Source: a bacterium (GTDB taxonomy: Bacteria > CLD3 > SB21). From it: a stretch of 64,000 bases of DNA. A model generated the notes under the pieces. That model did no database searches. It had not been told where the DNA came from and saw only the letters and a list, made by a program, of their open reading frames with translations. The stretch covers positions 12,668-76,667 of the forward strand of contig JAEUSK010000272.1 of assembly GCA_016787925.1 (NCBI GenBank), read 5' to 3'. Below are positions 1-10,086 of the stretch, one piece after another. Each line of letters opens with the position of its first letter. Within the stretch, counting starts at the first letter, position 1. The translations under genes were made by a program, and so were the position numbers.

Positions 1-1366
1 CGGTTTGTGATAATCCGCGTGCAGATTTGTAAAATAAGCAATGACAGGCATGTCTTTCTGATAAAATGTCGCAAAATCGCTTGGTCCGTTTCCATCCTGT
101 TTCAGTGTTAGCGCAAAATTATACGTCTTGTTCTGTTCGTTTATCAGCTGTGTAAAATTAGGTGACGTTCCCATTCCGTGAATAATCAATTGATTTTCTT
201 TAAGACGGCCGACCATGTCGAAATTAAACATCGTTACGGCTTGTGTCAGATCAGTCGTCGGGTGCTCGGCGAAATATTTCGATCCGATCAATCCCATTTC
301 CTCGCCGGTAAAACCTATGAAAAGTAAACTGCGCTTTAATTTCACCGTAGACAATTTCTGCGCTAATTCTAACAGGGCTGTGGTTCCAGACGCATTATCA
401 TCGGCTCCATTATGAATCGCGGGCTCACCCCGATACATGGAATTGCTCCCTCCCATTCCCAGATGGTCAAAATGCGCCCCGATAATTATGTATTCCTTTT
501 TCAATTCCTGATCCGTTCCTTCAAGCCATCCTGCCACGTTTTGAGTTTGTGAACGCTCTACCAGCACTTCCGAGCTTAATTTCACTATCGAGATAGTTTC
601 AAATGAATTCGGTTTCTTTGAATTGTTAATTTTCTTTTGCAGATCGCGAAATTGCTTCTCTGAATAGCCCAAAATTTCCATCGCCGCCTCACGCCGAATG
701 CTCATTGCAGGAATTCCATAATTTCCATGGCCGATTTCGTATTGAAGCCTGACCAAATCGTCCTCGCCGTCTTCGAAACCGGTGACGACCAAAACGCCCT
801 TGGCGCCTTTTTCAGCAGCAAGTCCTACTTTTTTTCTAAGCGGCGCATGATTATTGAAATGGCTGTGCGGATTATCGCCTTCAGGCGTATACCGGAAAAT
901 CAAAATAATTTTATCTTTTACACTAACTTTTTCAAAGTCGTCATATTTCGTATCCGAAGATGAAATACCATAGCCTGCGAAAACAACTTGGCCTTCCAAA
1001 CTCGTATCTGCAGAATACGCCAGCGGGCGGAAATCTTTTTCTAATTCAAATTTCTTTGTTCCAAAAGACAATTCATTCTTTTCACCGGACCTTAATCCGG
1101 TTACTATTTCAAACGCTTGAAAATATTTGTTATCATCGCCGGCAGGCCTTAAGCCGTAGTTCTTGAATTCGTCGGCAATATATTTTGCGGCAATATTGTT
1201 GCCTTCTGCCCCCGAGGCCCTTCCCTTAAGAGAATCCGAAGCAAGAAACTCCACATGATATTTAATTTCCGCCTGCGTAATTTCCGGGTTTGAAAATTCG
1301 TTCCGTTTCGTATTGCATGACAGCACTAAAACAGCCGCCAGAATCAGAAAACGACATTGTAACATG
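1..1366 (-). CDS. M28 family aminopeptidase with PA domain; 3' end runs off the window start (partial)
   Basis: Reverse-strand translation from the ATG at 1366 reads MLQCRFLILAAVLVLSC.. (signal peptide or lipobox) and continues to ..GADDNASG..HADYHKP at position 1 with no stop. HxD/ADDNASG are M28 zinc-ligand motifs. The ORF is absent from the ORF track because it is open at the window edge. Confidence 0.75.
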
Positions 1367-1387
1367 ATAACTCCGGTTAGTTTTTAA

Positions 1388-2449
1388 TTAGAATGCCAGA
1401 TTGTAATTTATTCCAAGACCAAATTGCGTTACGGTCTTGTCGTATCCAAATTCGTTTTTCGTGCCGACCTTCGTAAAATCTAAAGACATTTCGGCGTTCA
1501 AATTATTGATAATTTCATAACTTACGCCTGTTCCAAACTTGGAAGTTGAAAATGACTTATCAAATCCGGGAAAAGTAACTTTTGTGGTTCCTAATCCAAG
1601 AGTCAGGTAGTTCTTGAATCTTTTTGAAATAGTATAAAATCGGATTGATGCGAGGAACGGCACCATTTTTTCATTGGAACCATCCTGGTCGAAATTTTGT
1701 ACTCCAAAGTCAATCCCTATCTGGATCCTTGGCCCAAAAATATAACTGCAGCCAACCATCAAATTTGAACCTCCTTTTACGCCGGCTTCCGAATCGAACT
1801 TGCCTGTCGGAGTTGCCGTGCCGAACAATAACCTGAACGCGAGTCCTTTCGATTTGCTTTTTGCTCCGGCTGTAGTAGATGCCGTCGTTGACTGTGTCTT
1901 GCTTGCCTGCTTATCCTTTTCAGTTGAGGCAGATGATACAGCCGTCTTGCTTTCATCCGGTTTCATTTTCGCTGCATCTTTTTGGAACTGAGAAAAGGAG
2001 TTCGCAATTTGTTTCATTATCTCCAGCAATCCCGCTATTTTACCGTCATAATCTTTGCTATGGGTTTGCACAAGCTGGCCGGTCCGGACATCGATCATCC
2101 GCAGATCGATCGTATACGTGTCGCCTATCAGACCTATGTCACCTGCAATCATATATTCGACGCCGAGTAATTGGCCGACCTGAACCGCGCATTCATTCGT
2201 ATTGCAGTCGTCCGAGAGTATGAATTCCTGCTCTTTAAGTATTTCCTTCATCTTATTGCGCTCGATGACGTTGAAGGTTCTCGTCTGAAACAGCATAGTT
2301 CGAAAACGATTGCTCAACGTCTGGACGTCATCATTGGTGATGGACCCGGTTTTTTGAAATTCCAGCACGGCAACAGCGTTGTTTGCATTTCTTGATTGGG
2401 CAAATGCGCTCAAGCCGCACATAAACAGAATAAGAACGAACTTGTTCAT
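1388..2449 (-). CDS. Outer-membrane protein: signal peptide, CsgG/LpoB-like periplasmic domain, Ser/Thr/Ala/Lys-rich linker and C-terminal OmpA-like beta-barrel
   Basis: Signal peptide MNKFVLILFMCGLSAFAQ. The N-terminal block AVLEF..NVIERNKMKEILKEQEF..IDLRMIDVRTGQ resembles the CsgG/FlgO/LpoB-like fold. A low-complexity STEKDKQASKTQSTTASTTAGAKSK linker follows. The C-terminus shows alternating hydrophobic beta-strands and ends in ..NYNLAF, the terminal Phe typical of OMP barrels. Confidence 0.5.
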   Translation of the reverse strand: MNKFVLILFMCGLSAFAQSRNANNAVAVLEFQKTGSITNDDVQTLSNRFRTMLFQTRTFNVIERNKMKEILKEQEFILSDDCNTNECAVQVGQLLGVEYMIAGDIGLIGDTYTIDLRMIDVRTGQLVQTHSKDYDGKIAGLLEIMKQIANSFSQFQKDAAKMKPDESKTAVSSASTEKDKQASKTQSTTASTTAGAKSKSKGLAFRLLFGTATPTGKFDSEAGVKGGSNLMVGCSYIFGPRIQIGIDFGVQNFDQDGSNEKMVPFLASIRFYTISKRFKNYLTLGLGTTKVTFPGFDKSFSTSKFGTGVSYEIINNLNAEMSLDFTKVGTKNEFGYDKTVTQFGLGINYNLAF

Positions 2450-2844
2450 AAATACCTCTTGTATTTTATTCAGTTGACTGCTTTCTAAGATTGTGATATC
2501 CAGTACTCATTTTGTACCGCATACATCCATCCGATCCGCCACAAACATTTGGCTAAAGTAATACTATTTCAATAAAATCACAAATATTTGTTACTAGTAC
2601 GGTCAAGTTCCGAGCAATTATCTTCCTAAGCTATTAATATAAAAGGGTTGCATTTCACCGCATTGTTAATTAAATTTTATTGCTATGGATTTCACGAGTC
2701 TGTTTTTGGTTTACAACCAGTGAATTGAATTTTATCTGGCGAGAAACAACAACATTTTCTTTGTCTGATCGCCGGGATAGAACATGGTAAACAAGACAAC
2801 TCGCAAGTTTAACTGCTATATTTAAACTACTTACGGGATAAGTC

Positions 2845-4002
2845 ATGAAGTCAAAATATGATGTTGTTGTGATTGGTGCTGGTTGCATCGGGGTCAGTGT
2901 GGCGAGTCACTTAGGCGAGATGGGCTGCACAAATGTGTTAGTCATTGAAAAAGAAAAGATGATTGGAACTGGAGCTACAGCCAAATGCGCCGGAGGTGTG
3001 CGTGCTCAGTTTTCTACACCCATAAATATTCACATGAGTCATTACAGCATAAATGAGTTTGAAAAACTCGACGCGGAATACGGTATACAGTTCGTCCAAT
3101 GCGGTTATCTTTTTGTTGTAAGAACAGAGGAACAAAAGGCACAGTATTTGAGAAATATGGAAATACAGAAAAAATACGGTGTTGACGTTCGTTTTGTGAG
3201 TAAAGACGAAATTTCGAAATTGGCTCCGAATTACGGATTAGAAAAAGTCTTAGGCGGAACTTTTGGGGCGAAAGACGGCCTGGTTGACCCGTACATGATG
3301 GTAGACGCCTATTTCAAGAAATCGCGGAAAATGAATATTGAATTTGAGACCGACATGCCTTGCACAGGACTCAAAGTGTCAAGCGGAAAGATCACACACG
3401 TCGTAACCCCGCGCGGCGAAATTGCATGCGACTATATAGTGAATGCAGCAGGGCCCTTTGCAAAAGAAATCGGCGCTTTCGCCGGCGTAGAAATTCCAAT
3501 TGAGCCGTTACGGCGCATGATCACTACGACGGGTGCCTTGGACTTTATATCCGATGCATTTCCAATGGTCGTGGACGTCACGACAGGCATGTATATGCAT
3601 AAGGAAGGCAACGGCCTTTTGATCGGATTGGCTAATAATGATGAAAAGCCCGGATACGATGAAACGATTGATAATGAGTTTCTCGACACGATGCTCATGA
3701 CCGCGCTCGAAGTCATGCCCTACTTGGAAAACGCCGAGATCAAAACTAAATATCCGGGCACTTGGGCAGGACTATATGAGACCACCCCGGATCATCACAG
3801 CATTATTGACCGTGTGCCCAATCTCAACAATTTTATCATTGCTGGCGGATTCAGCGGCCATGGCCTTATGCACGCTCCCGCCGCCGGCCAGGCTGCCGCA
3901 GAACTCATCGTCAAAGGCAAAAGCGACACATTTGATCTTCAACCTGTGCGTTTTTCCCGATTTGCCGAAGGCGATCTGACCGTGGAAAGAAATGTAATTT
4001 AA
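2845..4002 (+). CDS. FAD-dependent oxidoreductase (DAO family; sarcosine oxidase beta or glycine/D-amino-acid oxidase-like)
   Basis: N-terminal Rossmann motif DVVVIGAGCIGVSVA; 385 aa; overall DAO-family architecture. Confidence 0.7.
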   Translation: MKSKYDVVVIGAGCIGVSVASHLGEMGCTNVLVIEKEKMIGTGATAKCAGGVRAQFSTPINIHMSHYSINEFEKLDAEYGIQFVQCGYLFVVRTEEQKAQYLRNMEIQKKYGVDVRFVSKDEISKLAPNYGLEKVLGGTFGAKDGLVDPYMMVDAYFKKSRKMNIEFETDMPCTGLKVSSGKITHVVTPRGEIACDYIVNAAGPFAKEIGAFAGVEIPIEPLRRMITTTGALDFISDAFPMVVDVTTGMYMHKEGNGLLIGLANNDEKPGYDETIDNEFLDTMLMTALEVMPYLENAEIKTKYPGTWAGLYETTPDHHSIIDRVPNLNNFIIAGGFSGHGLMHAPAAGQAAAELIVKGKSDTFDLQPVRFSRFAEGDLTVERNVI

Positions 4003-4024
4003 AAACCTGAACAAACAGAAGGAC

Positions 4025-5023
4025 TTGAGTCATATGTTCAAAAAGATCGAGCGATTGGTGAAAACATCAAAGAGTTTTGTTTTGACCACACACCTCAATC
4101 CCGACGGGGACGGGCTAGGCAGTGAAGTTGCGATGTATACATTTTTGAAGATGATGAAGAAGAAACCACGAATTATCAATACAAGCCCCGTTCCAAAACA
4201 ATATCGTTTTCTGAATCCGAAAAACGAAATCGAAACTTATGATCCAGTAAAGCATGATCCCGTAATCAAGAAAGCGGACGTGATTATGGTATTAGACATC
4301 AGCGTGTCTAAACGCCTTGACCGCATGCAGCAGGCCGTTATGGCTTCGCCGGCAAAACGCATTTGCATCGATCATCATTTAGATAATGACGGTTTGGGGC
4401 ACCTTAATTGCGTTGACGAAAAATCACCCGCTACTGCTGAGTTGATATACAATTTCATCAAACATTTCAAGGGTAAGCTTAATCTGAAAATCGCCCAAGC
4501 TCTTTACACTGCGCTCATCACCGATACGGGTAACTTTCGTTTCAACGCAACAAGGCCTGCCACACATCTTATCGCTGCGGAACTAATGAAATTGGGCGTC
4601 AAACCGAATGACATTTATGCGGAAGTTTTCGAGCAGGGCAGCAGCGGCGTTATGAAATTATTGGGCCGCGCGCTGGCGCATATTAAGCCGGAATGCGACG
4701 GAGGTATTAACTGGACCTATCTGAAATCTACTGATTTTAGCGAAACGTCTGCTCAGCGCAGCGACACTGAAGGGTTTGTCGACTACACACTCAAAATCGA
4801 AAAATCCAACCTTGGAATCCTCTTCTACGAAACCCAGGAAGGATTCACAAAGGTAAGTCTGCGATCCAAGGGAAATGTGGATGTACAGTCATTCGCTAAA
4901 CAATTCGGCGGAGGCGGACACAAGAATGCGTCGGGTATCACGCTGAAGACTCCTTTTGAACCGACCATGACCGATATGGTAGACAAAGTAAAAAAATATT
5001 ACTCGGCTAAGTACGCCAAGTAG
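4025..5023 (+). CDS. nrnA: DHH/DHHA1 phosphoesterase, NrnA-like (oligoribonuclease / pAp phosphatase)
   Basis: Motifs DGDGLGS, DHH (CIDHHLDNDG) and C-terminal GGGHKNASG (DHHA1). The start may be TTG 4025 or ATG 4034; an RBS-like AGAAGGA lies upstream. Confidence 0.75.
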   Translation: MSHMFKKIERLVKTSKSFVLTTHLNPDGDGLGSEVAMYTFLKMMKKKPRIINTSPVPKQYRFLNPKNEIETYDPVKHDPVIKKADVIMVLDISVSKRLDRMQQAVMASPAKRICIDHHLDNDGLGHLNCVDEKSPATAELIYNFIKHFKGKLNLKIAQALYTALITDTGNFRFNATRPATHLIAAELMKLGVKPNDIYAEVFEQGSSGVMKLLGRALAHIKPECDGGINWTYLKSTDFSETSAQRSDTEGFVDYTLKIEKSNLGILFYETQEGFTKVSLRSKGNVDVQSFAKQFGGGGHKNASGITLKTPFEPTMTDMVDKVKKYYSAKYAK

Positions 5024-5078
5024 TTCATATATTCTCTGCTGTCGATTTGCCCACCGAAATTCACCTTAAAGGAACTGA

Positions 5079-6581
5079 ATGATGGTTATTCATGCTAAAC
5101 ATTCCAAACTTAAACTTTGGAAATCGGAATTGACCTGCGTCTTCTTGACCAAAAATGACGAAACAAACCCATGGTTGAACGAACTTGATGAGATCTATGG
5201 TTCGTTATTTAAGGACCTCATGAAAAGCAGAGAATTTGGCGCCGATGAGGAGTCAATTCACGTTTTACATGGCAATAACAAAACCAAGAGCAAAAGAATA
5301 GGTTTAGTCGGGCTTGGTGAAACGAAGGATCTGGAATGGGACACATTCAGAAAAGCCGCAGCCAAGGCGGTGAAGACTGCACATGCCATCGGCATCGAAA
5401 AAATATCACTGATTTTCCCTTCGCATCTTGTGTCAGAACAATTTGACGAATCAGGACTGGCGCAAGCCGTGGTTGAAGGCGCTCTGCTGGCCGATTACCG
5501 CTACGATAAATATCAGACGGATCAGAAAGCAAAGATAAGCCGGCTGGAAGAATTAACGCTTATTACTTACGTTTCCCCAAGCGACCGTGTATATCAGGGC
5601 GTCCGCGCTGCGGAAGTTATCTGCGATGCGGTGAGTTTCACGCGAGACCTCGCGAATGCTCCCGGTAACGAGTTGACCCCTCGGGAATTGGCAACACGGA
5701 CTGCGCAAATGTGCAGAAAAAATAAGATTAAGATTCAAATCTTTGATGAGAAGAAATTGGCCTTGCTCAAGATGGGCGGGATACTCGGTGTGGCACAAGG
5801 CAGCAGCGAGCCGCCACGCATGATCATCATGGAATACACCGGTGTTAAAGCCAAAAATAGAAAACCGATCGTCCTCGTCGGAAAAGGATTAACTTTTGAT
5901 GCGGGCGGCATATCCATCAAGCCTGCAGCTGATATGGACCGAATGAAATTTGATATGTGCGGCGGCGCTGCCGTGATCGGCGCCATGCAGGCTATTGCAC
6001 ATCTTAAATTGCCCCTCCATGTCGTAGGCATCGTTCCTTCATCGGAAAATCTTCTCGGAAGCAAAGCATTCAAACCCGGCGACGTGCTGACGATGTATTC
6101 CGGCAAAACGGTTGAAGTTCTAAACACCGATGCCGAAGGGCGCCTCATCCTTGCCGATGCGCTCGCCTATGCGCAAAAATACAAGCCGGAAGCAATCATA
6201 GACTTGGCAACACTAACCGGACACTGCGTGATCGCACTCGGATATGCCGGAGCGGGCATGATGGGCAACGACCCTAACGTAAAGAGCCGTCTTATGGACG
6301 CTTCCAAAATTTCATCAGAAAAAGTTTGGGAACTCCCGATGTGGAAAGAATTTGACAAACAAATCAAAAGCCATATAGCCGACATAAAAAATATGGGCGG
6401 CCGACCGGCAGGCGCGATCACTGCGGCCGCATTTCTAAAACATTTTGTCGGCGACTATCCGTGGGTGCACCTTGACATTGCGGGCACTGCGAACAGCGAA
6501 GAAGAACTCCCCTACACGGCGCGTATCTCTTCGACGGGATTCGGTGTAAGGCTTTTGGTCGAAGCTTTACGAAAATGGTAA
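5079..6581 (+). CDS. pepA: Leucyl aminopeptidase (M17)
   Basis: M17 signature NTDAEGRLILADALAYA; GKGLTFDAGGISIKP; 500 aa. Confidence 0.9.
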   Translation: MMVIHAKHSKLKLWKSELTCVFLTKNDETNPWLNELDEIYGSLFKDLMKSREFGADEESIHVLHGNNKTKSKRIGLVGLGETKDLEWDTFRKAAAKAVKTAHAIGIEKISLIFPSHLVSEQFDESGLAQAVVEGALLADYRYDKYQTDQKAKISRLEELTLITYVSPSDRVYQGVRAAEVICDAVSFTRDLANAPGNELTPRELATRTAQMCRKNKIKIQIFDEKKLALLKMGGILGVAQGSSEPPRMIIMEYTGVKAKNRKPIVLVGKGLTFDAGGISIKPAADMDRMKFDMCGGAAVIGAMQAIAHLKLPLHVVGIVPSSENLLGSKAFKPGDVLTMYSGKTVEVLNTDAEGRLILADALAYAQKYKPEAIIDLATLTGHCVIALGYAGAGMMGNDPNVKSRLMDASKISSEKVWELPMWKEFDKQIKSHIADIKNMGGRPAGAITAAAFLKHFVGDYPWVHLDIAGTANSEEELPYTARISSTGFGVRLLVEALRKW

Positions 6582-6585
6582 CTCC

Positions 6586-8121
6586 ATGACTTTTTCTGCT
6601 CAGGATCTGCGGCAATTATCCGAATTGGGAATTTCAAAAGAAAAAGTTCTGTCACAAATCAAATTTTTCAAAAACGGATTTCCATTTGTCACGCTCGTTC
6701 GTCCCTGCACCATTGGTGACGGGCTGTTAACGATTGATCCGCAACAATTCGATTCGCTGATCGTACTTTTCAATCAAGCCGCATCCTGCGGCCGTGTCAT
6801 GAAATTTGTTCCTGCCTCCGGCGCCGCAACCCGCATGTTCCATTCGCTCACCACGGTCTACAATCACTACAAACAATTCCGGGAGTCCCTTATAGGCGAA
6901 AAGACGGACAATCCGGATGTCCATGCTTGTCTTGTTTTTATACAGAATATCGATAAGTTTGCTTTTCACGAAGATATTCGGAACTTAAAACAACTCGTCA
7001 ATGAGAAACGCTATGATGAGATTATGCGATTAACTCTCACTGAAATCGGCCTGAATTATAACGCGCTGCCCAAAGCCCTGATCAAATTTCATCGTTATCA
7101 GGATCATTCGCGAACCGCATTGGAGGAACATTTAGTAGAAGCGCTTTCCTATGCGAGGGATGCACAGCAGACCGCTCGTATACACTTTACCATATCCTCT
7201 GAGCATCGCGATTTATGCAACGCGCTGATCCAATCCGTATTACCCCGTCATGAAAAAACAAACGGCAAATGGGAAATTACGTTTTCGGAACAAAAAAAAT
7301 CTACGGATACTATCGCAGTTGATATGCAGGATGAACCCGTTCGCAGTGAGGACGGTAATCTCTATTTCCGGCCGGCGGGCCACGGAGCACTGTTGGAAAA
7401 TCTGAATGATCTTAATGGCGACATTGTCTTCATTAAGAATATCGATAACGTAGTTCCTGACCATCTCAAAGAGGCAACCTATTTTTATAAAAAACTTCTC
7501 GGCGGTTATCTCATCCAATTGCAGAATCAGGTGTTCCATTATCTTCAGAAAATTTCCCTAAATAATTTTTCAGAAGCTGAAATTAACGACGCCTTTGTTT
7601 TCGCGCAGAAAAAATTATCCATTCCATTCCCTGAAGGTTTTGCCAAATTACCGCCCGGTAAACAGTCTGAAATTTTGTTCGATAAATTGGATCGGCCTAT
7701 CCGCCTATGCGGTATGGTGAAAAACCAGGGAGAACCCGGCGGAGGGCCCTTCTGGATACGTGAAAAAAACGGAGCCGTCTCATTGCAGATTGTTGAAAAA
7801 ACGCAGATCGACGTACAGTCAGAAGAACAGAAACGCATTATGGAGTCGTCCACGCATTTTAATCCGGTGGATCTGGTATGTGGCATTCACGATTATAGGG
7901 GTGGCAACTTTGATCTTCGACAGTTTGCTGACCCTGAAACCGGCTTCATTTCAATTAAATCAAAGGACGGAAAGCCGATCAAAGCTATGGAATTACCAGG
8001 TTTATGGAATGGTGCGATGGCTCATTGGATTACAATTTTTGTTGAGGTTCCGCTCACAACATTTAACCCGGTAAAGACAGTCAATGACCTTCTGCGGCCT
8101 GAACATCAACAAAAGCCTTGA
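6586..8121 (+). CDS. Hypothetical 511 aa protein, possibly DUF4301-like
   Basis: No recognisable catalytic family. Size and N-terminal pattern recall the DUF4301 family. A Gly-rich loop VPASGAATRMF resembles the GxGTR nucleotide-binding loop of sugar nucleotidyltransferases. The ATG lies 4 nt after the pepA stop. Confidence 0.4.
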   Translation: MTFSAQDLRQLSELGISKEKVLSQIKFFKNGFPFVTLVRPCTIGDGLLTIDPQQFDSLIVLFNQAASCGRVMKFVPASGAATRMFHSLTTVYNHYKQFRESLIGEKTDNPDVHACLVFIQNIDKFAFHEDIRNLKQLVNEKRYDEIMRLTLTEIGLNYNALPKALIKFHRYQDHSRTALEEHLVEALSYARDAQQTARIHFTISSEHRDLCNALIQSVLPRHEKTNGKWEITFSEQKKSTDTIAVDMQDEPVRSEDGNLYFRPAGHGALLENLNDLNGDIVFIKNIDNVVPDHLKEATYFYKKLLGGYLIQLQNQVFHYLQKISLNNFSEAEINDAFVFAQKKLSIPFPEGFAKLPPGKQSEILFDKLDRPIRLCGMVKNQGEPGGGPFWIREKNGAVSLQIVEKTQIDVQSEEQKRIMESSTHFNPVDLVCGIHDYRGGNFDLRQFADPETGFISIKSKDGKPIKAMELPGLWNGAMAHWITIFVEVPLTTFNPVKTVNDLLRPEHQQKP

Positions 8122-8419
8122 TTTTCAATACGTATTCGTTTATTTTCGCTTTAAGGGTCTCGTACTCTCGTCAACGTTTGGTTTGAATGATTCATTAGAA
8201 TAAATTGTCAACTAATTTCGAATTAGGCAGAAATTTTTTAAATTACAAAGCCGTCAGCCTAGGCTGACACAATTTTATCAATGGCAAACGCCATAATACT
8301 ATATAAATTGCTCTTTGTATCCATTCCGCGCCCACTGCGGAATGCGGGTTTTATGAATACAGTTTTGTATTTAATTGCAAACCCAGCCTTTCTGCCTATT
8401 CGTACAGAATAGGAAATTC

Positions 8420-9976
8420 ATGAAAAAAGAGATTCTCATCAATTCTACTGCGGCGGAGTCACGTATCGCCATTGTCGAAGAAGGACGTTTAGTCGAGATT
8501 TTTGTCGAACGACCGGAAAAAGAGCGAATGGTCGGCGATATTTATAAAGGACGTGTAGCCAAAGTTCTTCCGGGTATGAAAGCGGCTTTTGTTAATATCG
8601 GCATGAAACAGGATGCTTTCCTGCACTTCTCCGATATCGGCGATAATACCCACGAATATGCCGCAATGGCAGATGACGACGAATCGGATGACGTCGAAGT
8701 GGCCCCGGGAAGCGAAATCCATCAGATCAAGGTTATCCATAATCACGACAGCGGCGGACGTTTTCTGAAAACGGGTCAGGAAATTCTAGTGCAGATTATC
8801 AAAGAACCGATCTATAATAAAGGCGCGCGTGTTACTTCAGAAATCTCGATTCCCGGCCGTTTTACCGTTCTGATTCCCAATGAACCATCCCAAATGATCG
8901 GCATTTCGCGGAAGATTCAAAATGTACACGAAAGAAAGAGATTAAAGAAATTAGCCCGTGACGTGAAACCGGCCGGATTTGGATTAATCATACGTACGAA
9001 TTCTGAAAATAAAGAAGAAGAAATTTTGCGTAATGATATTCAGAATTCTCTCGACACCTGGTATGACGTTGACAAGAAAGCCAAGTCTATGGCGGCGCCC
9101 TCGCTGGTCTATAAAGATATGGAGATGGTGTCGAGCATCATCCGCGATCTTTTTTCGAACGACGTGACCCGCGTGCTTGTTGACGACAAAAAACTGTTCC
9201 GCTCAATCAGCAATTATATTTCAGTTACTACGCCTCAACTGCAGGACCGCATCGAGTATTACGGAGACAGAAAACCTATTTTCGACCATTACAATATCGA
9301 GCAGGATATACAGCAAAGTATCGAAAAGAAAGTGATGACCAAGAACGGCGGTTATATTATTATCGAACATACGGAAGCGCTTGTTTCGGTTGATGTCAAT
9401 AGTGGAAAATTCATGGGCCGCGGATCCTATGAAGACAATTCAATGGCCGTAAACATGATCGCTGCGCGTGAAACCGTTCGTCAGCTTCGACTGCGGGATA
9501 TTGGCGGATTGATTGTCATTGATTTTATTGACTTGCGCGACGAACGAAACAAGAAAAAGCTTTTTGAGGAGATCAAACGCGAACTGCGTAAGGACCGGGC
9601 CAAATTCAGTATTTTGCCGATGGATGAGTACGGCCTGATCGAACTGACGCGCGAACGAATACGCCCGAGTATTTTGTTCTCGTTGAGTGAACCATGCCCC
9701 GCCTGCGCCGGATCGGGCCGCGTCGGGAATCGTACGACATTACACAACAAGATCGATCGATGGGTTCGACGCTATAAAAAAGACCATAAATTTATTTCCA
9801 GATTACAGTTCATGGTTCATCCCGACGTCGTCGATCAACTCGAAATCAAGATTAAGAAAATGAAATGGAAGTACTTTATTTTTGCCGACCTCATCGGTGA
9901 AGAAGAAATGCGTATGGACGAATTTCGTGTCATGACACTGAAGGACGAAGATATCACGGACAATTACGCGGTCTGA
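8420..9976 (+). CDS. rng: Rne/Rng-family ribonuclease (RNase G-like)
   Basis: S1 domain at the N-terminus (GDIYKGRVAKVLPGMKAAFVNIG), catalytic core ..GGLIVIDFIDL.. and a Zn-link CPACAGSG. The likely start is ATG 8420 after AGGAAA, not the upstream in-frame codon at 8375. Confidence 0.85.
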   Translation: MKKEILINSTAAESRIAIVEEGRLVEIFVERPEKERMVGDIYKGRVAKVLPGMKAAFVNIGMKQDAFLHFSDIGDNTHEYAAMADDDESDDVEVAPGSEIHQIKVIHNHDSGGRFLKTGQEILVQIIKEPIYNKGARVTSEISIPGRFTVLIPNEPSQMIGISRKIQNVHERKRLKKLARDVKPAGFGLIIRTNSENKEEEILRNDIQNSLDTWYDVDKKAKSMAAPSLVYKDMEMVSSIIRDLFSNDVTRVLVDDKKLFRSISNYISVTTPQLQDRIEYYGDRKPIFDHYNIEQDIQQSIEKKVMTKNGGYIIIEHTEALVSVDVNSGKFMGRGSYEDNSMAVNMIAARETVRQLRLRDIGGLIVIDFIDLRDERNKKKLFEEIKRELRKDRAKFSILPMDEYGLIELTRERIRPSILFSLSEPCPACAGSGRVGNRTTLHNKIDRWVRRYKKDHKFISRLQFMVHPDVVDQLEIKIKKMKWKYFIFADLIGEEEMRMDEFRVMTLKDEDITDNYAV

Positions 9977-10086
9977 GTTCAGGTCGGTTTTGAAAAAATA
10001 TTTCAAGCCGCGGCAGACTTCACCGTTACTTAACCCTTTGTTTGGTTGCGGATCATGCATCTGATGTATTTCTATAAGCGACAACC

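Noticed and set aside
2450-2844. 395 bp divergent intergenic region upstream of the FAD (sarcosine/glycine-oxidase-like) gene, considered for a glycine riboswitch.
   Set aside because: No GGAGAG...CUCUGGAGAG/ACCGAAGGGGCAA-type conserved cores were recognisable. It is most likely just divergent promoters.
8253-8268. The perfect palindrome GTCAGCCTAGGCTGAC, considered as a stand-alone transcription-factor site or restriction-modification motif.
   Set aside because: Only a single copy was seen. It is more simply explained as part of the structured rng leader (see findings). It is kept there rather than as a separate system.
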